Positions 28,320-36,576 of a stretch of DNA of 64,000 nucleotides are shown here, piece after piece (position 1 is the stretch's first letter; every line of letters starts with the position of its first letter). A program made the position numbers and the translations under genes. Origin of the DNA: an uncultured Anaerolineales bacterium (GTDB lineage: Bacteria > Chloroflexota > Anaerolineae > UBA7937 > JACPPX01). The notes beneath the pieces are model-generated. The model searched no databases, was not told the origin of the DNA, and worked only from the letters and a program-made list of their open reading frames with translations. The stretch is from positions 4,789 through 68,788 of the forward strand of contig CAYGBX010000003.1 in assembly GCA_964348195.1 (NCBI GenBank), in the 5' to 3' direction.

Positions 28320-29819
28320 TCATGCTCCTTCCAGTCGAACTGCCTCCTCTGCTGCAAGGCTACCTGCTCGTCGCACCAGATTCCGCAGCAGGCCATCGAA
28401 GATGAGGCTGTGAATAGGATAGAGCAGAACCCAATATGCCAGGCCAAGTAGGCCTTTCGGCGCGTAGATCGCCGTCTGGTGGAGAACCGCCTGCCCCTCC
28501 GAAACAGGAGCGATGGCGAACTCCAACCACGCCTCACCCGGCAACTTCATGTCAGCCCTCAGTCGCAGTCGCCGGTTCGGCTCCAGCTCTTCAACCGTCC
28601 AGAAGTCTACCGTGTCCCCCACCCGCAAGCTTCTCATCGTTCCACGCCTCGCACGCAGGCCAACTCCTCCCAGGACCCGATCGATCGCGCCGCGCAGTCG
28701 CCACACCCAGTTCATATAGAGCCAGCCTCGATCGCCACCGAGCTCCGAGAGAGCTTTGAATACCCTGGCGGCAGACACCTCAGCCGTGCGCTTCCGGTGC
28801 TCTAGAATCATCCCCCTCCGCCATGCAAACTTCACGTGAAGACTGTCCGAACCACGTAGCTCTGCCATGTCCCGGTCGACCGCTGCCATACGCAACTCCC
28901 GCAGCGCAGATCGGACGGCGGTCGTATAGTCCATCGGTTCAATATGCGGGAATAATCGGCGTGCCGAATCCTCCCTAACGATCACCTCATTGCGCAAACC
29001 CTCGATCAAGGGCTGCGCAACATTCGCAGAAATCGGAGTCACTAGGTGCACCCAATAGGAAGACAGGCGCGGAGTCAGGACCGGCACCGGAAGCATGGCA
29101 CGGCGCAGACCCCGCACCTCCGCGTACCGCGTCATCATCTCTGCGTAGGTGAGAATCTCGTCTCCACCGATCTCAATGATCCGTCCCTCGCTCCGCGGCT
29201 GGGTCAGCGCCTGTTCGAGGTAATCCAGACAGTCCTCGATGGCGATGGGTTGGATCCGGGTGTATACCCACCGTGGGCAGATCATCACCGGGAGATGCTC
29301 AGTGAGGTATCGCACCATCTCGAAAGAGAGGCTACCGGCCCCTACGACGACTGCAGCCCTGAATTCGGTGACCGCGACGCCGCCCTGTCGCAGTGCTTCG
29401 CCTGTCTTCTGGCGCGACTCCAAGTGAGGCGAGAGGCTTTCCTCAGGGTTCCCGAGGCCACCAAGGTAGATGATGCGCCGTACCGCCCCCCGCTTTGCGG
29501 CCAGGCCAAAATGCCCAGCGGCCTCCACATCCGTCCGGTGGAACTGACTACCAGCCATCATGCCATGGATCAAGTAGTAGGCTGTGTGAATTCCGGCTAG
29601 GGCAGGCTTGAGAGTCTCCGGGCGAAGTACATCACCCCTCACAACCTCTACGCGGTCTCTCCAGGGTTGATCTCTGAGACCTGACGGGTCCCTGACCATG
29701 ACACGCACGTCGTATTCGGATTGCAGCAACCGAGGAATGAGTCTGCTCCCGATGTATCCCGTGGCACCGGTGACCAGGATCCGCTTCCTGCTGTTCGTCC
29801 CCGCTCCGGCTTCGCTCAT
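28320..29819 (-). CDS. NAD(P)-binding SDR-family protein with C-terminal DUF2867-like domain
   Basis: RILVTGATGYIGSRLIPRLL Rossmann motif, about 300-aa NmrA/SDR-like part plus a 170-aa C-terminal domain. Its ATG overlaps the uvdE stop (ATGA). Confidence 0.75.
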   Translation of the reverse strand: MSEAGAGTNSRKRILVTGATGYIGSRLIPRLLQSEYDVRVMVRDPSGLRDQPWRDRVEVVRGDVLRPETLKPALAGIHTAYYLIHGMMAGSQFHRTDVEAAGHFGLAAKRGAVRRIIYLGGLGNPEESLSPHLESRQKTGEALRQGGVAVTEFRAAVVVGAGSLSFEMVRYLTEHLPVMICPRWVYTRIQPIAIEDCLDYLEQALTQPRSEGRIIEIGGDEILTYAEMMTRYAEVRGLRRAMLPVPVLTPRLSSYWVHLVTPISANVAQPLIEGLRNEVIVREDSARRLFPHIEPMDYTTAVRSALRELRMAAVDRDMAELRGSDSLHVKFAWRRGMILEHRKRTAEVSAARVFKALSELGGDRGWLYMNWVWRLRGAIDRVLGGVGLRARRGTMRSLRVGDTVDFWTVEELEPNRRLRLRADMKLPGEAWLEFAIAPVSEGQAVLHQTAIYAPKGLLGLAYWVLLYPIHSLIFDGLLRNLVRRAGSLAAEEAVRLEGA

Positions 29820-30847
29820 TTCAAAGAGGCTCGCTTCTCGAAGTCTGCCGACCTCTCCCCGAAGCCGAACAACACAGCAAGGTCGGGAGCGTAGCGGATC
29901 AGATCCTCCCGCAGCTGCAGCAGGGCGAGGTCCTTGGCCTTGGCTTCCAGCATGACATCCGGCCCAAGCGGGCCTAGCGGCCGATAGAACTCAACAAAGG
30001 CGAAGGGGTCGACAAACTCGGCATGGGCCCTCCAGGAGCGCTGGGTGATCCCCGACTTCCTGCCCTCTCGAAATCCCCAGTCGGTGCGCGGTGAGGAGTA
30101 GTGCAGTTTTGGATGTGCATTCCAATCATCCCAGGTCTCCAAGCATGCCTGAGCGGCTTCGACCATCGGGATGTCGTCCGGATCGTAGCAGCGGTGGTGG
30201 TGCCCATCGAAAACCACCCGGATTCCGGTCTGGCGATGGAGGCGCAGCACGTCAGCGACGCCAAAGCGGCTGTCGTCGTTTTCCACCACCAGCCGTCGGC
30301 GAGCCACCGCGGACAAACAGTCGAGTCGGCGCGCAAAGCGCTCCAACGCGTCGCTCCAGTCACCATAGACTCCACCGACGTGAGTATTCACCACCGCGTC
30401 GTCGTCCAGGCCCATCGCCTCCAGGATTTCAGCCTGAACTTCGATGTCGGCCATCGACCGCTGTGCCAGCTCATCGTCGGGTGTGTTCAGCACAACGAAC
30501 TGTCCCGGGTGGAAAGACATTCGAACGCCCTGTTCCCGAATCGCTGCACCGATCAAATCTAGGCGCCGGCGGCTTTCTTCGACCTGGCCGTGGAACTGTG
30601 GATGATCCGGATGGGTTGCGTAGGGAGCCAATGCCGAGGCCATGCGATACATGCCGATCCCCTGGTCATGCAGGTACTCCAGGACACGGCTGAGGTGATC
30701 CAGGCTGACCCGCAGGCTGGGGCCGCTTGACCAGCGTCGCGAATCGTGGGAGCGCAAACCCGGCCGACCCAGGACCTTCACGGCAAAGCCCAGCCGGGGT
30801 CGCCGATCTGTCTCTCCCGTCGGCTTCTGCGTATCAAAGGGATTCAC
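29816..30847 (-). CDS. uvdE: UV damage endonuclease
   Basis: RLGFAVKVLG...GIGMYRMASALAPYATHP...SFHPGQFVVLN...NTHVGG, the TIM-barrel UvdE/UvsE blocks. GTG start. Confidence 0.85.
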   Translation of the reverse strand: MNPFDTQKPTGETDRRPRLGFAVKVLGRPGLRSHDSRRWSSGPSLRVSLDHLSRVLEYLHDQGIGMYRMASALAPYATHPDHPQFHGQVEESRRRLDLIGAAIREQGVRMSFHPGQFVVLNTPDDELAQRSMADIEVQAEILEAMGLDDDAVVNTHVGGVYGDWSDALERFARRLDCLSAVARRRLVVENDDSRFGVADVLRLHRQTGIRVVFDGHHHRCYDPDDIPMVEAAQACLETWDDWNAHPKLHYSSPRTDWGFREGRKSGITQRSWRAHAEFVDPFAFVEFYRPLGPLGPDVMLEAKAKDLALLQLREDLIRYAPDLAVLFGFGERSADFEKRASLK

Positions 30848-31021
30848 TGGAAGCCTTTCAGGATGTCACGCGTCGCGGATGCCTGGCCCTATGTCCGGTG
30901 GGGTGGCCCGTCACAGCATGGGGCCTCGCAGCGGAGAGGATCGATGTCGCGGAGGGTCCTTCTAGAACTCCCTACGTGTAGTCCATCCAACTCCCGGACC
31001 CATCTGGCCACCAGGATCCAC

Positions 31022-31695
31022 CTAGTCCGCATTCCGCATCACGCGATCTACGAGGGAGCGATCTTGCAGAAACGCTCCGCGGAGGGCCTGGGTGTGCATG
31101 GTGCCTCTCCGCTGCTCGACCCCCCGCATTGCCGTGCACAGGTGAAATCCCTCCACGACCACTGCAACCCCGAGCGGATCCAAACGATCGTCAATGAAAT
31201 CCGCGATCTCAGCCGTCATGCGCTCCTGAACCTGCAGTCGACGGGAGAATGCATCCACAATCCGCGGGATCTTGCTCAATCCCACCAGCCGCCCCTGCGG
31301 GATGTACGCCACATGCGCCTTGCCGTAGAAGGGCAGCAAGTGATGCTCGCATGTGCTGTAGAAGTCGAGGTCTGCTACCGTCACGGGCTCATCGTAGTCC
31401 TCATGGAAAACCGCACCGTTGATGATCGCGTCCAGGTCCACATCGTATCCGCTGGTGATCTCTCGCAACATGCTCGCAACCCGCCGGGGGGATCCCTAAG
31501 GCCCTCACGTTGCGGGTCCTCGCCTAGCTCGACGAGCAGAGTGTGCACCGCTTCAATCATCTCCAGTGGGGGCAACTGCTCGCCCCGAACGGCCATCACC
31601 CGTTCGAGCCTTCCTCTCCCAGCCAATTCCCGCCCGACGACGAGATCAGGCATAGCATCGCTGGCCCCTTCAAGGTTGAGAGCGCTCGAAGTCAT
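31022..31695 (-). pseudogene. folE: GTP cyclohydrolase I, reading frame broken by a 1-nt deletion in a homopolymer (or sequencing error)
   Basis: ATG at 31695 with GGGAGG 8 nt upstream gives ...LVELGEDPQREGLRDPP. The rest (RRVASMLREITSGY...YSTCEHHLLPFYGKAHVAYIP...) continues in the -1 frame. The join is at the G6 run 31486-31491. Total length is 674 nt, which is 225 codons minus 1 nt. Confidence 0.85.
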
Positions 31696-31732
31696 GTCTA
31701 GACCTCCCTATCTAGCACTCTTGCCGGTGGAC

Positions 31733-31761
31733 ACAATATCAGATATCGCGCGAAGTGTCAA
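31733..31761 (-). promoter_or_regulatory. Candidate sigma-70 promoter of the folE-uvdE-SDR-tspO-like operon
   Basis: Minus strand: TTGACA (31761-31756), 17-nt spacer, extended -10 TGaTATTGT (31741-31733). The -35 hexamer lies inside operator repeat 3. Confidence 0.55.
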
Positions 31762-31787
31762 CATCTTGTCTAGATAGTGTACAAGGT
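31755..31787 (-). promoter_or_regulatory. Second candidate CarH-type operator (three exactly 11-bp-spaced direct repeats on the minus strand)
   Basis: Minus strand reads accttgtACAc tatctagACAa gatgttgACAc. Repeats 2 and 3 fit nAnnTnnACAn perfectly and are 9/11 identical to repeats 1 and 3 of the 26327-26360 element. Confidence 0.6.
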
Positions 31788-32215
31788 TGCGTATGTAGAG
31801 ACTATGACGGCGGTGGGCCTTTCCCCCCAACTTTGCAGGCCAACCCTGGATCCCACTCCTCCGTAGCGTGGGTCATCACGGTCACGGGTCTGGACCCTGG
31901 GGGACATTTGGGATTCAATCACTCCACGACATGGGGTAGTCGGTAAGAACATGGACAGACCTGGCGAGGAGAGCGGCAAACCAGCTACGAGAGGGGCAAA
32001 ATCGACGATGAAAGGGGCAATTCGGCGACGAGCGAGAAACCGAGTCGCCAGTCCGCAGGGGCGACGGGGACCTCAGGTGCGCGACTTGCACGTCTCGAGG
32101 AAAGATGTCACAACCAGCGGACGGAAGGGCGAATAGTACCAAAGTCCCGCAGAGCCAATCGTGTCTTCCATCGGTTCAGACAATGCTCTCATCTTTTGGA
32201 AGGGAGGCGTAGGTA

Positions 32216-32467
32216 GTGAGAGCGTTCCTATTCCTTATCTTCATCGCCGGTTCGCTCGCGGTTGCATTCAAATGGGAGGACGTCCCGTCCGCCCTGCAAC
32301 CATACCTTCTGCCGGTGGCTGCAGTATGGGTGTTCGCCTTCCTCCTCATCATGATGGGTTGGGGCCGCTCGGGTCAGGCCGTAGCATCTACCCGTTCCGG
32401 CTACTATCCCACTCCTAAGTACCGGCGAACGGAGAAGCCCTTGCCACCCCAAGCCCGCCAGTCCTAA
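32216..32467 (+). CDS. Small hypothetical membrane protein
   Basis: GTG start after GGAAGGGAGG. Two hydrophobic segments, 83 aa. Followed by a strong hairpin. Confidence 0.4.
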   Translation: MRAFLFLIFIAGSLAVAFKWEDVPSALQPYLLPVAAVWVFAFLLIMMGWGRSGQAVASTRSGYYPTPKYRRTEKPLPPQARQS

Positions 32468-32487
32468 GTGGCAGACCGGCGGTAGAA

Positions 32488-32520
32488 GCAGAGCGTCGGG
32501 CAGAAGGCCCGACGCTCTGC
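32488..32520. terminator. Bidirectional terminator hairpin between convergent genes
   Basis: Perfect 14-bp stem gcagagcgtcgggc / gcccgacgctctgc with a 5-nt loop agaag. Weak T-rich tails on both strands. Confidence 0.6.
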
Positions 32521-32540
32521 CCTTTCCCCAATCGCAGAAG

Positions 32541-33422
32541 TCAGTCTCGGCCGGCCGCCTCCATGTCGCCTAGCTCGTACAGAATGGCCGCGGCGGCCAC
32601 CAGTCCGGCCGTTTCCGCCCGCAGAACCCGAGGCCCCAGCGTCACCGGCACCGCCCCATAGCGGGATCCTTCGGTCAGCTCGCCTCTGGTGAACCCTCCT
32701 TCAGGTCCGATGAAGAGGTTCACAGAGAACGGGGGATGCCGCCGATCGCGCAGGGCTTTCCGAAGGGGCAATCCGATGTCGTCGCCATCTCCGGTGCGGG
32801 ATGACCGTCCCCCGGCGCGCTTTGCCGGTACGCCGCGCCCATCGCCCCCGGAGGACTGGCGAGTCGGTCTCGAGTTCGTCGGCCTCGTCTCTTCTTCCCT
32901 GCCCGCAGGGCTGGCCACGAGAGTTACGCCTCCCTGGCTCGCCGCCTCCCAGGCTTGCCGCAACATCAGCGGCCCCTGCAACTCCGGCATCCGTCCCCGA
33001 CCAGACTGCTCGGCAGCCTCCTGGATGATACGTCTCCATCGTTCCTGCCGTTCGGAGCTCACGTTGTCCAGGCTGGCGATGATGGTGCGCTGGGACACCA
33101 CCGGTACAAAGGCCACCACCCCCAGTTCGGTGCCCTTCTGGAGGACGAATTCGAAGGATCTCCCCTTCAGCACCGCCTGATACAGGGTGATCTTGGTCCG
33201 AGGCTCGCTCGGGGCGAGGGTCTTCTGAAGGACCCGGCCCCGAACCTCCTCCCGATCCACCAGGGTCAGATGGATCCGATACTGCCACCCGGAGTTGTCG
33301 AGGACCATGATCTCCTCGCCGGCCCTGAGTCGCAGCACATTCCGAATCTGGTGGACCGCGGGACCCTGGAGAACAGCCTCATTTCGCCTCAACCATTCCG
33401 GCGGCACGAAGAAGCGATGCAC
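32541..33422 (-). CDS. rsmE: 16S rRNA (uracil1498-N3)-methyltransferase with a low-complexity insertion
   Basis: MHRFFV N-terminus, LYQAVLKG, EQSGRGRMPEL, FIGPEGGFT, LGPRVLRAETAG. 293 aa, against about 245 aa in typical RsmE. Confidence 0.85.
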   Translation of the reverse strand: MHRFFVPPEWLRRNEAVLQGPAVHQIRNVLRLRAGEEIMVLDNSGWQYRIHLTLVDREEVRGRVLQKTLAPSEPRTKITLYQAVLKGRSFEFVLQKGTELGVVAFVPVVSQRTIIASLDNVSSERQERWRRIIQEAAEQSGRGRMPELQGPLMLRQAWEAASQGGVTLVASPAGREEETRPTNSRPTRQSSGGDGRGVPAKRAGGRSSRTGDGDDIGLPLRKALRDRRHPPFSVNLFIGPEGGFTRGELTEGSRYGAVPVTLGPRVLRAETAGLVAAAAILYELGDMEAAGRD

Positions 33423-33904
33423 TAGAGAGCCTTACCCAAGTCCAGACTCTGGGTCGAGTACCCCTGGCTCTCGTACAATTGGCGAGCCTCCTCGTGATGG
33501 GCTGCTACGGTTACCCCCACCTTCACACAGCCCCGAATCTTGCCCCAGTCCTCTGCCACCCGGAGCAGCCGCTTCTCCAGGCCCTGTCCGCGGAAGGCCT
33601 CCGCCACGAATAGATCCATCACGACGGCCCGTCGCAATCCGGCCGCATCCGCGCTCTCTTCCATAACCCATACATAGCCTGCCATCTCTCCTTCGTCGCT
33701 CCGTGCCACGAAGGCGTCGTTGGGAGAGCCCTCTTCGTCCCTGATGCGATTCACCCGCTCGAAAGCCTGCTCGGCGACCGCACCCCAATCGGCTCGACTC
33801 TGCTGCTCCGGGCCCAGACGCGCCCAGGCGGCGAGCTTCTGAGCCTCCATGATCACCATCCAGTCTCGATCGGTGGCATCATCGATCCCGATCGCCATCC
33901 TCAT
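33422..33904 (-). CDS. GNAT-family N-acetyltransferase
   Basis: The acetyl-CoA binding region FRGQGLEKRLL is in the expected position. The start may be the internal Met at 33859, which would avoid overlap with prmA. Confidence 0.7.
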   Translation of the reverse strand: MRMAIGIDDATDRDWMVIMEAQKLAAWARLGPEQQSRADWGAVAEQAFERVNRIRDEEGSPNDAFVARSDEGEMAGYVWVMEESADAAGLRRAVVMDLFVAEAFRGQGLEKRLLRVAEDWGKIRGCVKVGVTVAAHHEEARQLYESQGYSTQSLDLGKAL

Positions 33905-34790
33905 TCCCCTTCTTGCCGGCCAGGGTCACCCAATCGCCCTGCGCCCGGCTCTCGATCCCCTCCAAGCCGTAGGCTCCGAGCACCAGCCGGCACTCCGCCT
34001 CCCACCCTGCCAGGATTCCTCCCGCAATGAAGGCACCGGAGGGAGAAAGTTGGCTGAGGAGTCCCTTCTCCACCATCTCGATGATGGTGTGGGCCAGGAT
34101 GTTCACAACAATCAAATCGAAGGAGCGAGACCCAATCAACTCCTCCGATCCCTGGACAATCTCAACCGTCGCACCCACTCCATTGGCTCGCACGTTGGCC
34201 CGGGCAACCCGAAGAGCCACGGGATCGGTGTCCAGAGCCAACACTTCATCCGCGCCCAGCTTGGCGGAGGCAATCGCCAAGATGCCGGATCCGGTACCCA
34301 GATCGAGGACCGCCGTCCCCGGCCGCAGGTACTCCTCAAGCGCCTCGAGACAGAGTTGCGTGGTGGGATGCGACCCGGTGCCGAAGGCCAACCCAGGGTC
34401 CAGCCGGAGAATGATCTCGCCAGGGGCCTCCTCGTAGGGGATCCAGGAGGGCACGACCACCAGCCGCCGGCCTACCCGTTGCGGCCTATACCCCTCCTTC
34501 CAGGCCTCTGTCCAATCGGTCTCCTCCAGAGGAGTGAATTGGGGCTCCGGGATCGGCCGGATCTGCCCAAGGTGCCAGAGCGCCCGCTCCACTTCCCGCC
34601 TCCTCCGATCTTGAGAGGAATCAGGGGCGAGGAATGCCTTGACCAGAACTGTATCCGGCTCGCCTTTGCCGTCTGGTTGCGTCTCCACGACGGCGCCGCC
34701 CTCTAGGTACCTGGCGAGGACCTCGGAGACGGCCTCGGCAGTTTCGGATTCCACCGAAACACTGATCTGCAACCAGCGGGGCTCTTTCAT
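33879..34790 (-). CDS. prmA: Ribosomal protein L11 methyltransferase
   Basis: W..ISV N-terminal domain, LDPGLAFGTGSHPTT, VLDLGTGSGILAIA. Confidence 0.9.
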   Translation of the reverse strand: MKEPRWLQISVSVESETAEAVSEVLARYLEGGAVVETQPDGKGEPDTVLVKAFLAPDSSQDRRRREVERALWHLGQIRPIPEPQFTPLEETDWTEAWKEGYRPQRVGRRLVVVPSWIPYEEAPGEIILRLDPGLAFGTGSHPTTQLCLEALEEYLRPGTAVLDLGTGSGILAIASAKLGADEVLALDTDPVALRVARANVRANGVGATVEIVQGSEELIGSRSFDLIVVNILAHTIIEMVEKGLLSQLSPSGAFIAGGILAGWEAECRLVLGAYGLEGIESRAQGDWVTLAGKKGNEDGDRDR

Positions 34791-34820
34791 AACAAAAAGA
34801 GGCTGGGACCGATCCCAGCC
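34791..34820 (-). terminator. Intrinsic terminator after dnaJ, abutting the prmA start codon
   Basis: Minus strand: ggctggga-tcgg-tcccagcc (8-bp GC stem) followed by tctttttgtt, then ATG of prmA at 34790. Confidence 0.6.
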
Positions 34821-34923
34821 ATTATAGCCCCGCGCGGGGACCCCTCCAACGGTCGGCTTGCCTTCGGCGCCTCAGGCCCTGTTCACAGGTAGGAGGCTTT
34901 CTCCATCTCAAACACGGCGCCGG

Positions 34924-36027
34924 CTACGCCGAGCCTCGAAATGCCTCCAGGATTCGGTCGAGGAACCCTCTCTCGCCTTGAGGTATGGGTTCCTTGCCGA
35001 GAGTCTTCCCCAGCTGGCCAAGGAGGTCTCGCTGCTCGTCGCTCAGCTCCGTCGGGGTGACCACGTACACTGTCACCAACTGGTCCCCTCGCCGCCTTCC
35101 GTTCAAGTGAGGGACTCCCAGGCCCTTGAGCCGAAGGGTCTCGCCGGTCTGCGTGCCGCTCGGAAGGGCGATCGTCACCTCGCCGTCTACGGTGGGAACC
35201 TCCACTTCGTCACCCAGCGCCGCCTGGGCGATGTTGATGGGCAACTCAAGCAGAATGTCTGAGTTCTGACGCTTGAAGAAGGCGTGAGGGCGGACAGCGA
35301 CGTCGACATACAGGTTGCCAGGGGGTCCTCCTCTGAGCCCTGTATCCCCTTCTCCAGAGAGTCGGATCCGGGTGCCATCGTCGATCCCAGCAGGGATGGT
35401 GACGGCTATCCGGCGCGTGGCGCGCACCCGCCGGCCGCCTCGACACTCTTGACAGGGCGTGTTCGCCACCTCGCCTTCTCCCCCGCAACGGGAACAAGTG
35501 GTCACACTCACGAAAGATCCCAAGAGTGACTGGCGGACGTGCCGTTCCTCGCCCGTCCCGTTGCACACGGGGCAGCGGGACGGTTCCGTCCCCGGCTCAG
35601 CGCCCGAACCCTGACAGCGCGGGCAGGTCTCGAGCCGTTCGATCTCGATCTCCTGCTCGGCTCCAGAGATCACGGTTTCGAATTCGACCGTCAGCCCGAT
35701 ACGCAGGTCTCGGCCCCGCTCTGCCCGCACCCGCGGCCCCCGAGCGCGGGTCCCGAACCCGAAGAAATCCTCGAAGATGTCGGAGAATCCCCCGAAGCCC
35801 ATTCCCATGTCGCCAACTTGGCCGAACCGGTCGTACCGGGCTCGCCGCTGGGGATCGCGCAGCACCTCGTAGGCGTCGTTGATCTCCTTGAACCGCTCCT
35901 CCGCCTCAGGGCTCTTGTTCACATCTGGGTGGTACTTCTTGGAGAGCCGGCGGAAGGCCCGCTTGATCTCATCCCGCGAGGAATCACGCGGAACGCCTAG
36001 GGTCTCGTACAGGTCACGGGGACTCAT
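34924..36027 (-). CDS. dnaJ: Molecular chaperone DnaJ
   Basis: J-domain with HPD (KKYHPDVN), G/F-rich region, four CxxCxGxG zinc-finger repeats. Confidence 0.95.
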   Translation of the reverse strand: MSPRDLYETLGVPRDSSRDEIKRAFRRLSKKYHPDVNKSPEAEERFKEINDAYEVLRDPQRRARYDRFGQVGDMGMGFGGFSDIFEDFFGFGTRARGPRVRAERGRDLRIGLTVEFETVISGAEQEIEIERLETCPRCQGSGAEPGTEPSRCPVCNGTGEERHVRQSLLGSFVSVTTCSRCGGEGEVANTPCQECRGGRRVRATRRIAVTIPAGIDDGTRIRLSGEGDTGLRGGPPGNLYVDVAVRPHAFFKRQNSDILLELPINIAQAALGDEVEVPTVDGEVTIALPSGTQTGETLRLKGLGVPHLNGRRRGDQLVTVYVVTPTELSDEQRDLLGQLGKTLGKEPIPQGERGFLDRILEAFRGSA

Positions 36028-36114
36028 GGATTCTCATGCGCGATCGGGGCAACAGGAGAAAGTATACCTCAGCTACCGAGCCTCAGGCAGACCAATGGAA
36101 GCGAAGACTCTGGA

Positions 36115-36576
36115 TCAGCCGGCTTCGTCGGGTGGTCGACGGAGCCTCTTCACCTCGGAGCGGCGCTTCTTCTCTGCCAGGCGCCTCTCTCTCGCCGTCC
36201 GGGAGGGACGGCTCGGCTTCCTCTTCCGAGGCCGGCGCAGGGCCTCCGCCAGGAGCCGCCGAAACCGCTCCGTGACGTCCTGTCGGTTCTGGGCCTGGCT
36301 GCGCGTCGCCTGAGAGGTCAGGTGGAGAACGCCTGCCGTATCGATGTATCCCGACAGCTTCTCATGGATCCGCTTCTTGTCGCTCTCGCTCAGGCTCGGC
36401 GAATCGTGCACGTCGAATGAGAGCTCTACCTGGGTCTCCCTCCGATTCACGCGCTGGCCCCCCGGCCCGCTGCTTCGAGCGAACCGGAACCGGATCTCGG
36501 TGAAAGGAATGGCGACCCGAGCGTTGATGCGAATGTTCCTGTCTTCGCCCCTTTGCCTATCCTCTGGCTCTGTCAT
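36115..36576 (-). CDS. arfB: Alternative ribosome-rescue factor ArfB (peptidyl-tRNA hydrolase, GGQ protein)
   Basis: SSGPGGQRVN motif and a basic C-terminal tail. The ATG at 36576 overlaps the HIT-gene stop (ATGA). Confidence 0.85.
   Translation of the reverse strand: MTEPEDRQRGEDRNIRINARVAIPFTEIRFRFARSSGPGGQRVNRRETQVELSFDVHDSPSLSESDKKRIHEKLSGYIDTAGVLHLTSQATRSQAQNRQDVTERFRRLLAEALRRPRKRKPSRPSRTARERRLAEKKRRSEVKRLRRPPDEAG

Noticed and set aside
30848-31021. Search for a third CarH-type operator between folE and uvdE
   Set aside because: TGT/ACA triplets occur at 30864, 30892, 30945 and 30977 with no 11-bp periodicity, so no repeat structure is present.
31712-31720. Exact copy of the CIRCE half-site CTAGCACTC in the folE leader
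   Set aside because: The partner half-site nine nucleotides away (GACACAATA / TATTGTGTC) does not match GAGTGCTAA. A single 9-mer match in 128 kb of two-strand sequence is near chance expectation.
31960-32100. Glycine-riboswitch-like strings (GGAGAG, GGGGCAA x2, CTCAGG)
   Set aside because: I could not form the P1/P2/P3 helices, and the CTCAGGCAAAAGGAC junction is absent. It is kept only as a generic structured-RNA candidate.
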